From positions 37,459,347 through 37,523,346 of the forward strand of contig NC_081372.1 in NCBI RefSeq assembly GCF_030684315.1: DNA of 64,000 bases, given 5' to 3'. A program made the position numbers and the translations under genes. This DNA is from Stegostoma tigrinum (lineage: Eukaryota). Below are positions 12,868 to 26,617 of the stretch, one piece after another. Numbering within the stretch: the stretch's first letter is position 1; every line of letters starts with the position of its first letter. A model generated the notes under the pieces. That model did no database searches and was not told the DNA's origin. It was given only the letters and a program-made list of their open reading frames with translations.

Positions 12868-13675
12868 CATCCAAGATGACACGGTGTGAAGTTGGATGAA
12901 CACAGCAGGCCAAGCAGCATCAGAGGAGCAGGAAAGTTGATGTTTCAGGTCGAGACCCTTCTCCAGAAATGGGGGAGGGGGAGGGGATTCTGAAATAAAT
13001 AGAGAGAGAGGGGGAGGCAGATAGAAGATGGATAAAGGAGAAGATAGGTGGAGAGGAGACAGACAGGTCAAAGAGGTGGGGTTAGAGCCAGCGAAGGTGA
13101 ATGTAGGTGGGGAGTTAGGGAGGGGATAGGTCAGTCCAGGGAGGATGGACGGGTCAAGGAGACGGGATGAGGTTAGTGGGTAGGAGATGGGGGTGGGGCT
13201 TGAGGTGGGAGGAATGGTTAGGGAGGTGGGGACCAGCTGGGCTGGTTTTGGGATGTGGTCTGGGGAGGTGAGATTTTGAAGCTTGTGAAGTCCACATTGA
13301 TACCCTTGGGCTACAAGGTTCCCAAGCAAAATATGAGATGCTGTTCCTGCATCTTTCAGGTGGCGTCATCATAGCAATGCAGGAGGCCCAGGATGGAGGA
13401 TTCCTGAAACATCAAGCACTGGCTCTAACCTAACCTCTTTGACCTGTCTGTCTCCTCTCACCCTATTTTCTCCTTTATCCATCTTCTATCCGTGTCCCCT
13501 TCTCTCCCTATTTATTTCAGAATCCCCTTCTCCTCCCCCATTTCTGAAGAAGGGTCTCGACACAAAACATCAGCCTTCCTGCTCCTCTGATGCTGCTTGG
13601 CCTGCTGTGTTCATCCAGCTTCACACTGTGTTTTCTCAGATTCTCCAGCATCGGCAGTTCCTATTATCTCTGCGA
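12868..13675. mobile_element. PLE family A (older variant) with inverted arms
   Basis: Minus arm ~12868-13400 (pseudo-LTR + GIY-YIG end) is joined to a plus arm ~13420-13675 (pseudo-LTR with tail). Both hammerhead cores are degenerate. Confidence 0.8.
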
Positions 13676-14204
13676 CAATATTATCCACTCCTTTTATTTT
13701 TTTTAAATTTGAAACACATTGCTCAATCTCCTATTTTTCAACAAAAATCAATAATGTTTTGATAACTTATGGTTTTGAATCCTGCAATGTTTCCAATCAT
13801 TCAGCACCACATCCTTGCCAATGCATCAACTTCCAAAGCTGAATCGGATGAAGCTTTGTAATATTTTAATCATAAGTATGACAAATTAAAAGAATGTGCT
13901 TATTTTTTATTTCTGATATTAATCAAAACTAAATAAGTTAAATATTCATGAATATAAGATAATCATTATTACATCTTGTGGAAAGTTCAGGAGAAATGCT
14001 TGTAACCCAAAGTGTGTTCATAATTTGGAACTCAGTGTCACAGTGATTAATTGACACAAGTTAGGTGGATGCATGCAGTGGGAAAATTTGATAATACCAT
14101 CTAAGAGAAGACAATCAAAGAAGCTGCTAATGGGTTAAATAAAAGGAGAGGGAGAAGGCTCATTGGGAGCCTAAATCTGTCTTGACCATTGGGCCAAAGT
14201 CTTT

Positions 14205-14567
14205 TCTTAATTCATTTTCAGGATGAGGGCATCACTGGTTACATCAGCATTTATTTCCCATCCATAATTGCCCAGAGGATGGTTGAGAGTCAACCACATT
14301 GCTGTGGGTCTGGAGTTACATGTAGGCCAGTCGAGGTAAGGATGGCAGATTCCTTTTCCTTAAGGATATTAGCAAATCAGATGTAATTTTCCCGACAATT
14401 GACAATGGATTCATGATCATCATTAAATTCTTAATTTCAGGTTTTTTTTAAAATTGAATTCAAATCCCAGCATCTACCATGGCTGGATTTGAGCTCAGGT
14501 CTCCAGAACATTACCTGGTCTCTGGATTAACAGTCCAGCAATAATAACTAGGCCATTGCTTCCTCCG
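14205..14567 (-). mobile_element. Second tRNA-derived SINE family
   Basis: tRNA-like head on the minus strand. The body (ccacattgctgtgggtctggagttacatgtagg) is shared with + copies at 56135 and 60325. Confidence 0.75.
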
Positions 14568-16202
14568 ATGATTTTTTTCTGAAGTGTGTACTCTATTTGG
14601 TTCTGTATAATAAAATGCCTTCAGCATTCATATAGGGCCTGATTTATTTTGCTAACAACTCACATTGCCTCAATTCTTTTTTGCACATGATCAATAATCA
14701 CAGACATGTTTTTGTATTTTAGTAAACACACTGGAGCCCCGACTGATGTACACATAATTCTTACGTCTTATTCCAATTTAACTTGTATTCCATCTTTCTC
14801 CTTGCTTAATTCAATTTATTATTCCCTGACCCTACTTTTGTTGGGAGTCGTTGGAATACTTTTATTCATTTCCTACACTTGACAGCTTACCAAGTCAATT
14901 AGTGTATTGTGCAATTCTTCCAATGTTAATAGTATTACCGATTTGTACATCACTTAGAAAGATGACTATAAAGAAAGAAATGACCCAGATAAGACCTCTG
15001 CAGAACTCTATTTGTCATTGTTCCCCAGAAAGAACCATGCTCATTTATCATCACTTTCTGCATCTTATTGTTTAGCCAGTTTCTACCCAACTAGCTAAGT
15101 ACAGCAATTGCATACACTTTCATCTTCTTTAAAAGCCGTAGTGCGGCACGCTAACAAAGCATTTCTGGTAAGCGTGTAAGTGCCCTTAGGTATCCCTATT
15201 CACTTTCTTTCAAATAAAATAATTCCGCTAGATCTTTAGCTTTCAACCTTCTGACTTCTCTTCGTGACTACCATACTCTTCAGATGAACAGTAACATCAC
15301 CTGCAAAATATGTTCCACTATCATGGAGAAACAGAAAAACATAAGAACATAAGAACCAGCAGCAGGAATAGGCCATCTGGCCCTATGAGCTGCTCTGCCA
15401 TTCAATCAGATCATGGGTTATTTTTGTGGCCTTTGTTCCACTTACCCATCCTCTTGCCATAATCTTTGATTCCTTTGTTGTTCAAAAATTATCTATCTTA
15501 ACTTTAAAAACATTGAATGGGGAAGCCTCAACCACTTTATTAGGCAGAGAATCCCACCCTTTGGGTTTAGAAGTTCCTACCCAATTCGGTCCTAAATCGG
15601 CTCCCCCTAATTTTGAGGCTATGCCTTCTTGTTCTAGTTTCACCCAGTAGTGAAAACATCCTCCCTGCCTTTATCATGTTTATTTCCTTTATAATTTTAT
15701 ATGTTTCTATAAGATCCTCAACTACCGCACCCCCCCACCACCCAATTTCTTCTAAATTCCAGTGAATATAATCTCAGTCTCTTCAGTCTCTCATCATTAA
15801 GCTAACCCACTAAGCTCCGGAATCAAACTCATGAATATCCTTTGCACCCCCTCCAGTGTCAGTGCATCCTTTGTTAAGTAAGAAGACCAAAACTGTATGC
15901 AGTACTCCAGGTGTGACCTCACCAGCACCCTATACAGCTGTAACATAACCCGCCTGCTTTTAAACTCAATCCCTCTAGCAATGAAGAACAAAATTCCATT
16001 TGCCTTTCTAATTACCTATTGTACCCTTAAACCTACCTTCTGCAATTCATGCACAAGGACACCCAGGTCCCTCTGCACAGCAGCATGCTGCAATTTTTAC
16101 TGTTCAAATAATAGTCCTTCTTACTGTTATTCCTACCAGATGGATTACTTCACATTTATCAAAATTGCACTCCATCTTCCAGACCTTTGCCCACTCATTT
16201 AA

Positions 16203-16516
16203 GACTAGATTCCCTACAGTGTGGAAACAGGCCCTTTGGTCCAACAAGTCCACACCACTCCTTGGAGCATCCCATCCAGACCCATCCCCCTATAACCCAC
16301 ACACCCCTGACCACTACGGGCAATTTAGCGTGGCTGATCCACCTAGCCTGCACATCTTTGGACTATGGGAGGAAACCAGAGCACCTGCAGGAAACCCATG
16401 CAGACACGGGGAGAATGTGCAAACTCTGCACAGACAGTTACCCCAGGCTGGGATTGAACCTGGGTCCCTGGTGCTGTGAGGCTGCAGTCCTAACCACTGA
16501 GCCACCGTGCTGCCCC
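16203..16516 (-). mobile_element. HE1-like V-SINE
   Basis: Same family as 3327, nested in CR1. Confidence 0.9.
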
Positions 16517-17509
16517 AAACTACCCATATCTCTCTGCAAACTTTCAAAGTCCACTGAACACCTTGCCCTACCACTCACCTTAGTGACATCTGCAAATTTT
16601 GACACACTAAACTTAGTTCCCAACTCTAAATCATGTAAATTGTAAACAATTGCAGTCCCAACACTGGTCCCTGAGGCACACCACTAATTACTGATCACCA
16701 AAAAACACTCACTTATCCCTTCTCTTTGCTTCCTGTTATTTAACCAACCCTCTATCCATGCTAATACATTTCCCATAACACTGTCCACCTTTACCTTATG
16801 CAGCAACCTTTTGTGATGGCACTCTATCAAATGTCTTTTGGAAATGCAGATATACCATATCTACTGGGTCTCCATTATCCACCTTTCTCATAATGTCTTC
16901 AGCGAATTCCAGTAAATTTGTTAAACATGACCTGCCCTAATGAACCCATGCTGCGTCTGCCAAATAGGGCAATTTCTATCTAGATGTCTGCCATTTCTTC
17001 CTCGATGATAGACTCAAGCAATTTCCCCAATACAGAAGTTAAACTGAAGCTACTGAAATTAGGCCTTTAATTCCCCATTTTTTGTCTACTTCCTTTTCTA
17101 AACAGTGGTGTCATATTTTCTGCTTTCCAATCTAATGGAACTGCTCCAGAGTCCAGTATACTTTGGAAAATTACTGTGAGTGCATTTGATATTTCTCCTG
17201 CCATCTGTTTTAGTACCCTGGGATGCATTCCCTCATGACTGGGAGACTTGTCCACCTCTAGCTCCACCAGTTTGCCCACCACTACCTCTTTTGTGATAAT
17301 GAATGTTTCTAGATCCCTCACCTACCTAGTCTCCTTGTCATCAATTACTGACATGTTATTTGTGTCCTCCACCGTGAAGACTGACACAAAATACCAGTAC
17401 AAGTTTTTGGCTATTTCCTCATTTCCCATTTTAATTCCCCCTTCGTATCCTCTAAAGGACCAATGCGTACCTTAGCCACTCTTTTTCATTTTATACACAA
17501 CAAGTGCAA

Positions 17510-18560
17510 AAGATGTAAAAGTTATAGAAGATCAGCAGGTCTGGCAGCATCTGTGAAGGAAAAAACAGAGTTAACGCTTCAGGTCCGGTGAACCTTCCTC
17601 AGAACCGGACCCAAAAGTGTTAAAATAGTATCAGAGATAATGGGAACTGCAGATGCTGGAGAATCCAAGACAACAAAATGTGAGGCTGGATGAACACAGC
17701 AGGCCAAGCAGCATCTCAGGAGCACAAAAGCTGACGTTTCGGGCCTAGACCCTTCATCAGAGAGGGGGATGGGGTGAGGGTTCTGGAATAAATAGGGAGA
17801 GAGGGGGAGGCGGACCGAAGATGGAGAGAAAAGAAGATAGGTGGAGAGAGTATAGGTGGGGAGGTAGGGAGGGGATAGGTCAGTCCAGGGAAGACGGACA
17901 GGTCAAGGAGGTGGGATGAGGTTAGTAGGTAGATGGGGGTGCGGCTTGGGGTGGGAGGAAGGGATGGGTGAGAGGAAGAACAGGTTAGGGAGGCGGAGAC
18001 AGGTTGGACTGGTTTTTGGATGCAGTGGGTGGAGGGGAAGAGCTGGGCTGGTTGTGTGGTGCAGTGGGGGGAGGGGACGAACTGGGCTGGTTTTGGGATG
18101 TGGTGGGGAAAGGGGAGATTTTGAAGCTGGTGAAGTCCACATTGATACCATTGGGCTGCAGGGTTCCCAGGCAGAATATGAGTTGCTGTTCCTGCAACCT
18201 TCGGGTGGCATCATTGTGGCATTACAGGAGGCCCATGATGGACATGTCATCTAAAGAATGGGAGGGGGAGTGGAAATGGTTTGCGACTGGGAGGTGCAGT
18301 AGTTGGTTGCGAACTGAGCGGAGGTGTCCTGCAAAGCGGTTTCCAAGCCTCCGCTTGGTTTCCCCAATGTAGAGGAAGCCACACCGGGTACAATGGATGC
18401 AGTATACCACATTGGCAGATGTGCAGGTGAACCTCTGCTTAATGTGGAATGTCAAAAGTGTTAGCTCTGTTTTTCCCTTCACAGATGCTGCCAGACCTGC
18501 TGAGCTTTTCCAGCAACTTTGTTTTTGATCCTGATTTACAACATCTGCAGTTCTTTTGGT
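17510..18560. mobile_element. PLE family B fold-back mini-element, split by a family A insertion
   Basis: Left arm cagcaggtctggcagcatctgtgaagg (~17533) is inverted relative to the right arm cccttcacagatgctgccagacctgctg (~18475). Contains a CTGAGGA hammerhead-like core. Confidence 0.75.
17623..18452 (-). mobile_element. PLE family A 3' fragment with GIY-YIG endonuclease
   Basis: FTCTSANVVYCIHCTRCGFLYIGETKRRLGNRFAGH. Intact hammerhead core at 17730-17764. TSD caaaagtgtta at 17612-17622 and 18453-18463. Confidence 0.92.
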
Positions 18561-19887
18561 CTTTTCTCATTTTCTATATTTCTCAAAATTTTTTCTATCC
18601 GTCTTTATATTCTGAGCTAGTTTACTCTCTTAATCAATCTCACCTTTCTTTATAGCTTTTCTTGTGGCTTTCTGTTGACCATTAAAATTTCCCAATCGTC
18701 CAGTTTCCCACACATCTTTGCCACTTTGTATGACTTATCTTCCAATTTGATAGCCTCCCTTATTTCCATAAACATTCTGGACTGATTACCCCTTTTCCTA
18801 CAGTCATTTCTTTCCACTCACATATTCTTTTGCTGAGTACTTTGAAAAATTGTGTTCAAAGTCCTGCACTCTTCTTCAACTATCCCAACATAAATTCCTT
18901 GCTTCCAGTCTTTAGCCAACTCCTCCTCACCTTATTATAGTCTCCTTTGTTTAAGTACAGGACGTTGGTATTGGATTTTATCTTCTCAATTTCTACTTGT
19001 ATTCTAAATTCAACCATCTCTGATCGGTCCTTCCAAGAAAATCCCTAATAACGAGATCATTAATTATCCCTGTCTCATTACATAGGACCCGATCTAGGAG
19101 AGCTTGCTCCCTCATTGGTTCCATTACATACTGTTCAAGAATGCTATGAGGAATACATTGAATCAACTCTCCTCAAGACTGCCTTGGCCAACCTGGCTCA
19201 ACCAATTCACATGTAGATTAAAATCCCCCATGAGAATTATCATACAATTTTTACCAGCATTAGTTATTTCTTTGTTTATTGCCCTCCCCAATGTGATGCT
19301 TTCATTTGGTGGCCTACAGACAATGCCTATCAGTGACTTTTTCTTCTTAGAATTTCTAATTTCCATCCAAATGGATTCAATTTTATTCTCCATAGAACCT
19401 ATATCATCTTTCACTAACGCCCTGATGTCAACCTTAAATATCAGATGTACACCATTCCCCTTACTTTCCTGTCCATCCTTCCAAATAGTGTAACACCTCT
19501 GGATATTTAATTCCCAGTCATGACTATCCTGCAACCATGTCTTCATAATGGCGAATAATCATACTCATTTGCGATGATGTGCCGTTAACTCATCTGTCTT
19601 GTTCCCAATGCTATGAAAATTGACGTAACATGTCTTTATCCTAGTTTTTATTCTTTATTTTTGAACTCTCAAATCCCCATTAAAAAATATCTCCTCAATT
19701 TTCCTTCTTTTAATCTTCCTTCATAGTCTTTGACGTAGTTAAACTCTTCTGCACAGGTTAACCTGCTGCTTACTTCCTGTCATTTTCCCCTTCCCATCCC
19801 ACTATATCACTAGCTTAAAGTCCTAGTGACTACGCTATTTATCCTTTTTGCTAGAACGTTGGTTCCAGATCATTTCAGGCAGAGAAA

Positions 19888-20205
19888 ATTAGATTAGATT
19901 CCCTACAGTGTGGAAACAGGCTCTTCGGCCCAACAAGTCCACACTGCCCCTTGAAACATCCCACCCAAACCCATCCCCCTATAACCCACACATCCCTGAA
20001 CACTACGGGCAATTTAGCACGGCCAATCCACCTAGCCTGCACATTTTTGGACTGTGGGAGGAAACCGGAGCACCCGGAGGAAACCCATGCAGACACGGGG
20101 AGAATGTACAAACTCCACACAGACAGTTGCCCGAGGCTGGAATTGAACCTGGGTCCCATGCGCTGTGAGGCTGCACTGCTAACTACTGAGCCACCATGCT
20201 GCCCC
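19888..20205 (-). mobile_element. HE1-like V-SINE
   Basis: Same family as 3327, with (attag)n tail. Confidence 0.9.
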
Positions 20206-20380
20206 AATGGTAGATTCCTCCTGTTCCAAAACTGATGCCAATGCCCCGTGAAGTGGAACCCCTCCTTCCCACACCACTCCTTTAACTACGTGTTTACTTC
20301 CCTAATTTTCTTATCCCCAAACTGATTTGCATGTGACTCAGGTAGTAATCTGGAGATTTTAACCCTTGTGGACCTGTTCC

Positions 20381-20998
20381 TTAATTTCCTTCCTCGTGCT
20401 TGATAATCCCCAACAGGGCCTCTTGCCTAGCCGTGCCTATGTTGTTTGGTCCAACGTGGACCACAGCAAGTGGATCCTCACCCTCCTGCTCCAATATCCT
20501 TTCAAGCTGGTCAGAGAGATCCCTCACCCTGGCACTGAGCAGGCAATGCACAATGCGGGTCTCTTGATTCTGCTCACAAAGATTACTATCATTCCTCCTT
20601 ATTATAGAGTCCCCTACAAATACCACTTGTCTTTTTGTTCTCCCCTCTTGAATGGCCTCCTGTATTGCAGTGCAGTGGTCAGCTGGTTCATCTTCCCTAC
20701 AATCCTTTACTTCACACTCACAGAATGCAAATGCCTCATACCTGTTGGATAAGGCCAAGCGCTGAGACTTCTCTGTTCCTGAATTCAGGATCCTCCTACC
20801 TGCCTCACTTGCAATCATCTTCTGCTCTTCCTGATCACTGGCTGAACTTGAAGCACTTAATCTCCTAGGTGTGACTGCCTCCTGTAATAAAGCATCCAGG
20901 TACTTTTCCCCCTCCTGGATGCGCCGCAGTGTTTGAAGCTCAGATTCTAATTCATCAATTCTGAGCCAAATGGCATTGAACAACTGTTTGCTGCACAT
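20381..20998 (-). pseudogene. CR1 ORF1 (coiled coil + SGNH/GDSL esterase)
   Basis: LRIDELESELQTL coiled coil, then VVFVGDSIIR and VVHVGPNNIG esterase blocks typical of CR1 ORF1p. Confidence 0.85.
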
Positions 20999-21639
20999 GT
21001 GGTCACTGCAGCTTGCTATGGGATCAGCCAGCTCCTACATGATGCCGCTGCAGTACCTCACCTACCCAGGCATTTCTAGTTAATTACTTTATAAGCTTAT
21101 ATAAATTTATTACTGAGTTAATTAATTTATTAACATTTCTTTGCTGTGATCTTTTTCAAATGTAGTGCAGATTTCCTACCAACCAATCAGGTCATAGCTT
21201 CCCTGTGACATCACTCCAGTTATTTTTCACATCTGCAATATAGCCTGAACTAAGTTAGTTTTGTATTCATTCTGCGCTGCTGCTCTGCCCTTCAACTGCT
21301 CCCTGCAGACTAGCAAAAACTTAGGTAAAATAGCAATCACTGATAAAACAATAACGCTCATTGCAACAAAAATATTAACACAACAATGTCCCCCTGCATT
21401 TATCAAATACCCTCAATCAGTAAAACTGGCCACGCTGCACAGGTGGTGAACAAATAATATTTGGTACCTAGGTGCAAAAGGAGTTATTCGGGCAGATAGC
21501 CAAAATCTGAGTTAAAGATGCAGTTTTTGAGGATTATCTTAAAAGAGGATAAAGGAAGAGAGACAGTAAAATTCAGGTCCAACAATCATGGAGGAATTAA
21601 AATTGAGGATATTCTTGAGGCCAGAATTGAATTAGCTCT

Positions 21640-21775
21640 GTACTGAAGAAGAGTCATATTGGAAGAATAAAACATTAACTCTGTTTCAGTCTCCAGTTGC
21701 TGCCAGGCCTGCTGAGTTTTGTCAAAGTCTTTTTTTTAACTTCAGATCTCCAACATTCATACTTTGCTTTTATCA
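21640..21775 (+). mobile_element. PLE family B pseudo-LTR remnant
   Basis: ctgaagaagagtc...aaaacattaactctg...gctgccaggcctgctgag, homologous to 18455-18560. Confidence 0.6.
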
Positions 21776-21809
21776 GTTTTGGATAAGGACAGACATCTCA
21801 GAAGATACT

Positions 21810-22015
21810 AGGAACATAGGAATTAGAAGCAGAAGTAGACAATTCGGCCAGTGAACATGACCATGGCAGATCTTAACCTGGTCTCAACCCCACTCTCCTA
21901 CCTGCTTTCCATTGCTCTTAACCCTGCTTTTCATCAGAAACATACTTATTTCTTCCTTGAATCTGTTGAATGATTCTGCTTCCACTGCACTCTGGGGCAG
22001 TGAGTTCCACAGATG
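21810..22015 (-). mobile_element. CR1 3' end fragment
   Basis: gaacataggaatt tail and ctctggggcagtgagttccacag (minus strand LWNSLPQ). Confidence 0.65.
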
Positions 22016-22549
22016 GTGGGCTGAAGAAATTTTCAGAGCCAGGGATAGTTATGATTCCATTACAAACCAGATCTTTGATGTGAACTGGCTTGGTAGTCCA
22101 TAATTATTTTAAGAATACCACAATGTGTGAAGTGAGCAAGGGTAAGAAAATAAGTGGCAGGATTCCAACATTGAAATGAATTGCCAGATGAAAGCTTTTT
22201 TCATACAAAATTGAATAAAATCATCTGCTATATCTATACATACACATGGAAATCTCATTGTACACACACCTGAAAAAGGTACAAACAGAGGTAGAATCTG
22301 GAAAGGTAGCCCTGGGAAGGAAGACTTACAGATTTAATGCAGTGGTTTAGTTTCTCTGGATTTGAATCTTTTTAAGTAATCATGTTGTGCAATAGATATA
22401 ATTTTGGACTGTTTCAGGATTATTCCGACTATTCTATTCTGACTATTTTTAATAATTACCTATTCTGTCATTAAAGAATTTCTACAGCTTCATGTGATAA
22501 TATTTCAGTGAATGACCAACATGCTCACTAAAAATTAAAATGAAAGATC

Positions 22550-25380
22550 TATCAGGTTAGGTTTCATTCTTGGATCTTATTTTCCAGTATTACCACCTGC
22601 TCCGATCATAACAACGATCATCCAAGTTCTATCAGTTGGCCTTACAACAAGGTGGGGAGGAGGATTGGTTGGGGGTGGAGAGCTCTTGACCAAAATTCAA
22701 AGGTATTAAATTTATGAGGGACTTGGGTCACTTTTAAACAAATTTTTGCATTGAAGTGCTCGACTTAACGCAGGAGAGCTGATATGTAGTTTATTGTACA
22801 AATTAGAGGTTCAAAATAGCTTTGGATGTCGCCGAGAGTTTTCTGAGATTGGCGGATATAACAGTGAATTATTTGAAGTGTTTGATTGAGGTCAATCAGA
22901 GGCAGTCAGCAGATGATTTGAAGGGATCTCATAAGGAGGAGACACCGAATGCCAGTATCCAACACTCAGAATTAGAAGAAGGGAAACCTAAATTTGAGAC
23001 ATCTGAGCAAGGATGAGCTAAGATACAGTTCAAAAAAAGAAAAATAATACCTAGATGGAGAAAAATAATGTTAAAAAAAGAGACTTGCTGTGGAGGAAAT
23101 GGAGATGAACAAGAAATGAACAAGGAAGAGAAAGAAAAACATAGGCAAGTGGAATGGTTAGAGAATGAATGAAAGGGAGTAATGGAAAAACAAATGGAAT
23201 TGCAAAGTCTCAACTCCAAACAGAGAGAGAAATCAGACAACATGAGTTGGCCGGAAAGACTCTTAGTAAAGAAACTGTGGTAGTAACTCAGAGGATGAGT
23301 CTGTTTCAAGTGAACGATATGATTTTACTAAAAACCTGTACTTAGTATCTAACTTTGAGGATGGAGTCAAAATATATTTTACCAAATTTCAAAAGATCAC
23401 TGGGCAGATGATGTAACCAACAGATGTTTGAATCTAAATGTCACAGAGTGATTTATCATGTACAGCTATTACAGAGGAATAAATTGCACATCATGAAAGT
23501 TAAAAGAGCAGTACAAATGCTTATGAACTTATCGCTGAAGCTTGCCAATTAAAATTTAGAACTTCAGTAAAGAAAAATATTAAAGAATTTGTAGAATTTA
23601 AAAGAGAAAAATAAGTGCTGTGAGATCAGTGCTTTCAATTATTGAAGTTAGAGGAAACAATTGAAAGTGCCTGGGAAATATGATTATGCAAGAATTGAGA
23701 AATAGAATTTCTGATAATCTAAATCTTTTCTGCTAAATCTTTTCAGATGAGATCAAATATCAGGGAGCAGCAATTCTGGAAAATTCCTATGATATTTGAC
23801 ACAGTTACAGATGTAGAGACAGTCATATGTAAATCCACAAGAAAATTGAAGGAATTGGAAACCTGTAGAGAGAGAAGTTATAGGTTGTGATGAAAGAAGG
23901 AAGGGCTTTAATGTAATAAAGAGAATGGCTGAAACCGAGAAATGAAGAAAGAAAAACACGTTTCAATTATAATAATATAAGACATATCAAAGTCAATGGC
24001 TAGAAGTTAAATCTTAGAAAGAAGCCAGTCATTCCATCTAGTCTGCATCAACCTTCTGAATTGCATACCACCCAATCCCTGTAAACATTTCCACCCTTGG
24101 CCTCTTCCACTATCGGAGATGAGACAGCTGGACCAAGATAAGATGGCCACTGGAGCAGAAGGTGTCAATGGAATAGGAAGACAGTGTGACAGGTTGCTTA
24201 GAGGTTAAATTGCACTGCAATGGTTTTGGAAAAGTAAGTAGAAAAAGGTAAAGCCAGGCATGGAGGCTTTGTCAAATGAAAAGATATCACCGTCCCTCAC
24301 CCAGGTTTCCTTTAGGGCCATCATGTTGTTGTAACCATTCACAAAAAAAAAATTCTGGAGAAAAATGTGAAAATGAGCCGTGATGTCGAACTTACTGATA
24401 GCCCAGCAGTGGAAGAGATGAGTCAACAGTTGAAATTAGCAAGATTATCTCCATTGGACTTTTTGGCCTGAAAGGTGAGACAAAGTTTAGAGAAGTTGGA
24501 GTTTCTGTATTACAGCTCAATGTATCTAAATTCCCAGCCATAGCTGTTTCAAAGAGAGGCACGAAAGGCTGGTGTAGGCTTATTTAAGGTGGAGGCAGGC
24601 CTGAAATGACAGCAGACAACTGGGAAATGTTGTACTATGCAGTCAGGACCTAAAAGGGTTAACATAATCACAAGATTAGTTCCACCCCTCCGGATGTAAA
24701 TGACTTTTCCTGGGAAAAGTTAATTAATTCCTGTTTTTTTGGACATGGTGTGAACAGCCTGTAGCTAAAGTAGTAATATGTATTTACACTTATTTGAACC
24801 TCCTGTCTCTCAAGTAAAAATCATGTAGTTTAGATGTAGTATGATTAGCTTTAAGTATTATGGAATAAAGATATTTACTGTTCAAGCAGATTGAGCCTAT
24901 CTCCTGCATGTGAGAACATGTGGCCATTTTTCCCACATAGTATCAGTAACCAGAATAAATATCAGTCAGATTGGTTGGTGTTGGCAAATCTGTTCAAGAT
25001 ATCCGAGATCAAATCAGAATGTAAAACAGGAAGATCAAAGAATTCTTTCAGGATTTGTCTGGAAAAGTAGCCATAAGGGAAGAAATAAAAGCAGTGATAA
25101 TGACAGACAATGGAATCTTGGAGGAACAAAGAAAAAAGAAGTATATCATGGGTACACTGAAAAATAGAAATACAACATATGGAACCAGACCTGGAATAGC
25201 AGCCAAAATGATGGGATATAAGGTAAATTCAATTTTGCCCTCATTCCTCTTGATTTCAATCTTGCTAGGCCTCCTTGGTACCAGATGTGATTTAATACTG
25301 CCTCACATTAAAGGAAGTCACTCTGAGTTTGCCTATCCAGTTGATTTCATGTCTTGTTTACCATTCAAGCCCTAATCCTA
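22550..25380 (+). mobile_element. Highly decayed Gmr1-like Gypsy element (LTR end, gag, protease region)
   Basis: E/K-rich coiled-coil coding stretch followed by EDGVKIYFTKFQKITGQM*P.DV* (cf. gag YF..FEK.A..M.WP...W). Many stops. Confidence 0.55.
24090..24650 (-). mobile_element. L2-type LINE endonuclease fragment
   Basis: ORF 24205..24426 has MALKETWVRDGD...KASMPGFTF, resembling APE LALTETWL...ASPPGY. Confidence 0.6.
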
Positions 25381-25424
25381 TTTGATTTATCTCTACTTAT
25401 ATAGGACTCATTAATTAGCAATTA

Positions 25425-26617
25425 AGAGGATAAATTTTTGCTGACATGTATGTGAAAAATAGGGAATATACAATTGCCAGAGCAAACTTTGGTTTCCTGA
25501 CATGTCAATGACTTGCTGATCATAGTACACAGTGGAATAAGGTGAGGTTTAGGTTAGGCTTTTCAGTGAAATTTACGAACGGAAAGATTTTAAGTACTTC
25601 TTGTCTGAGTCGTTGCTGTGAGTGCTCAATAAGTGATTGAGCTTCACCTTCAGCTGCCCTGCCCCACTGCCAGACTTCAGTATGGCATAAAAGCAGCTTA
25701 TGTAGCCAAAACTTACACCTCCATTAAAGGCAAGGGCAAAAACACTGATGTCACCTTAGGCAGCAACTGCCTTCTTCTCGTTTACATTCTTATCCAGACA
25801 ACAGGGGGTTGCACTGAAATCAAGCTAGAAGGAGTTATGTGAGTTGTAATGATCTGAATGCAGATGAGGGAAGGACAATATTAGTTGGGAGGGCAATGAT
25901 AAGGCCGAGTGATGTGAATGCAGTGGGCAGACTGTTGGCACTTTAGATGGAAGTTAAGTTGCCCAGAGAAAAGGAAGAATGAGTGAAGCTGCAAGGTGTT
26001 CTGTTCTGAGGAATGCTGCACTAAAGCATGGTGGACAAGTTAGTTTGTGAAGCTTGGTCCTGAGTATGTTCTGCCATTCTTCTGTCATGCTTCTTGAGGT
26101 CCTGGATCCTCAGCACACTGTTTTCAGTTTGTAAGATGCTAGGTCTGTTCCTTCTACGCTTGCTGGTTAGAGAGATTGTCTTCATCCTCCCATCCTTAAT
26201 AAAACACAACTCACTGTAGTCGCTCAGGTCCACAGATGAGTGCCTACTTATGAGTGAGAGACTGGAGAAGTATCCCTCTGAGGCTTCTCTCGATTTCTGT
26301 TGTTGCTGCGGCCTCAAAACAAATGCTGGGGAGCCCCTGGTGAATCTTTATTGTGAAATCTATCCTTTTCAAGAACAGAAACATCATCAAACTGCCATTC
26401 CCAACTGATCATGTAAACTGGAGATGGATCCAAATGACAAGTTAAAGGCACACAGACAATAACATAACCTAATTAACCAAGTTTTCAACTTGAAAAAGCT
26501 CTCATGTTTTGTCAGGCCTGACTCTATCTTTCTCTTCCTCAGTGTCTATTAAACTAAGAGGGTCTGCTGAGTTGGAAAACTTCCCAACTTTTTGCTTCAG
26601 CAGTGGAAATCTAGCCC
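25425..26617 (-). mobile_element. Possible PIF/Harbinger remnant
   Basis: TIR-like ends (ggataaatttt / ggaaatctagccc). The minus ORF 26021..26317 has weak resemblance to a Harbinger transposase N-terminus (SSVDLSD..LCFIK). Confidence 0.35.

Larger units (their letters stand above)
15325..21330 (-). mobile_element. Near full-length CR1 LINE (ORF1 esterase, APE, RT), with nested SINEs and PLEs
   Basis: ORF1 20381..20998; APE 19163..19546 (TWLQ, ILMGDFN); RT 17067..17321 (KSPSHEGMHPRVLK); C-terminus 15797..15991 (LYRVLVRSHLEYC); (ataagaac)n tail ~15340. Confidence 0.9.
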
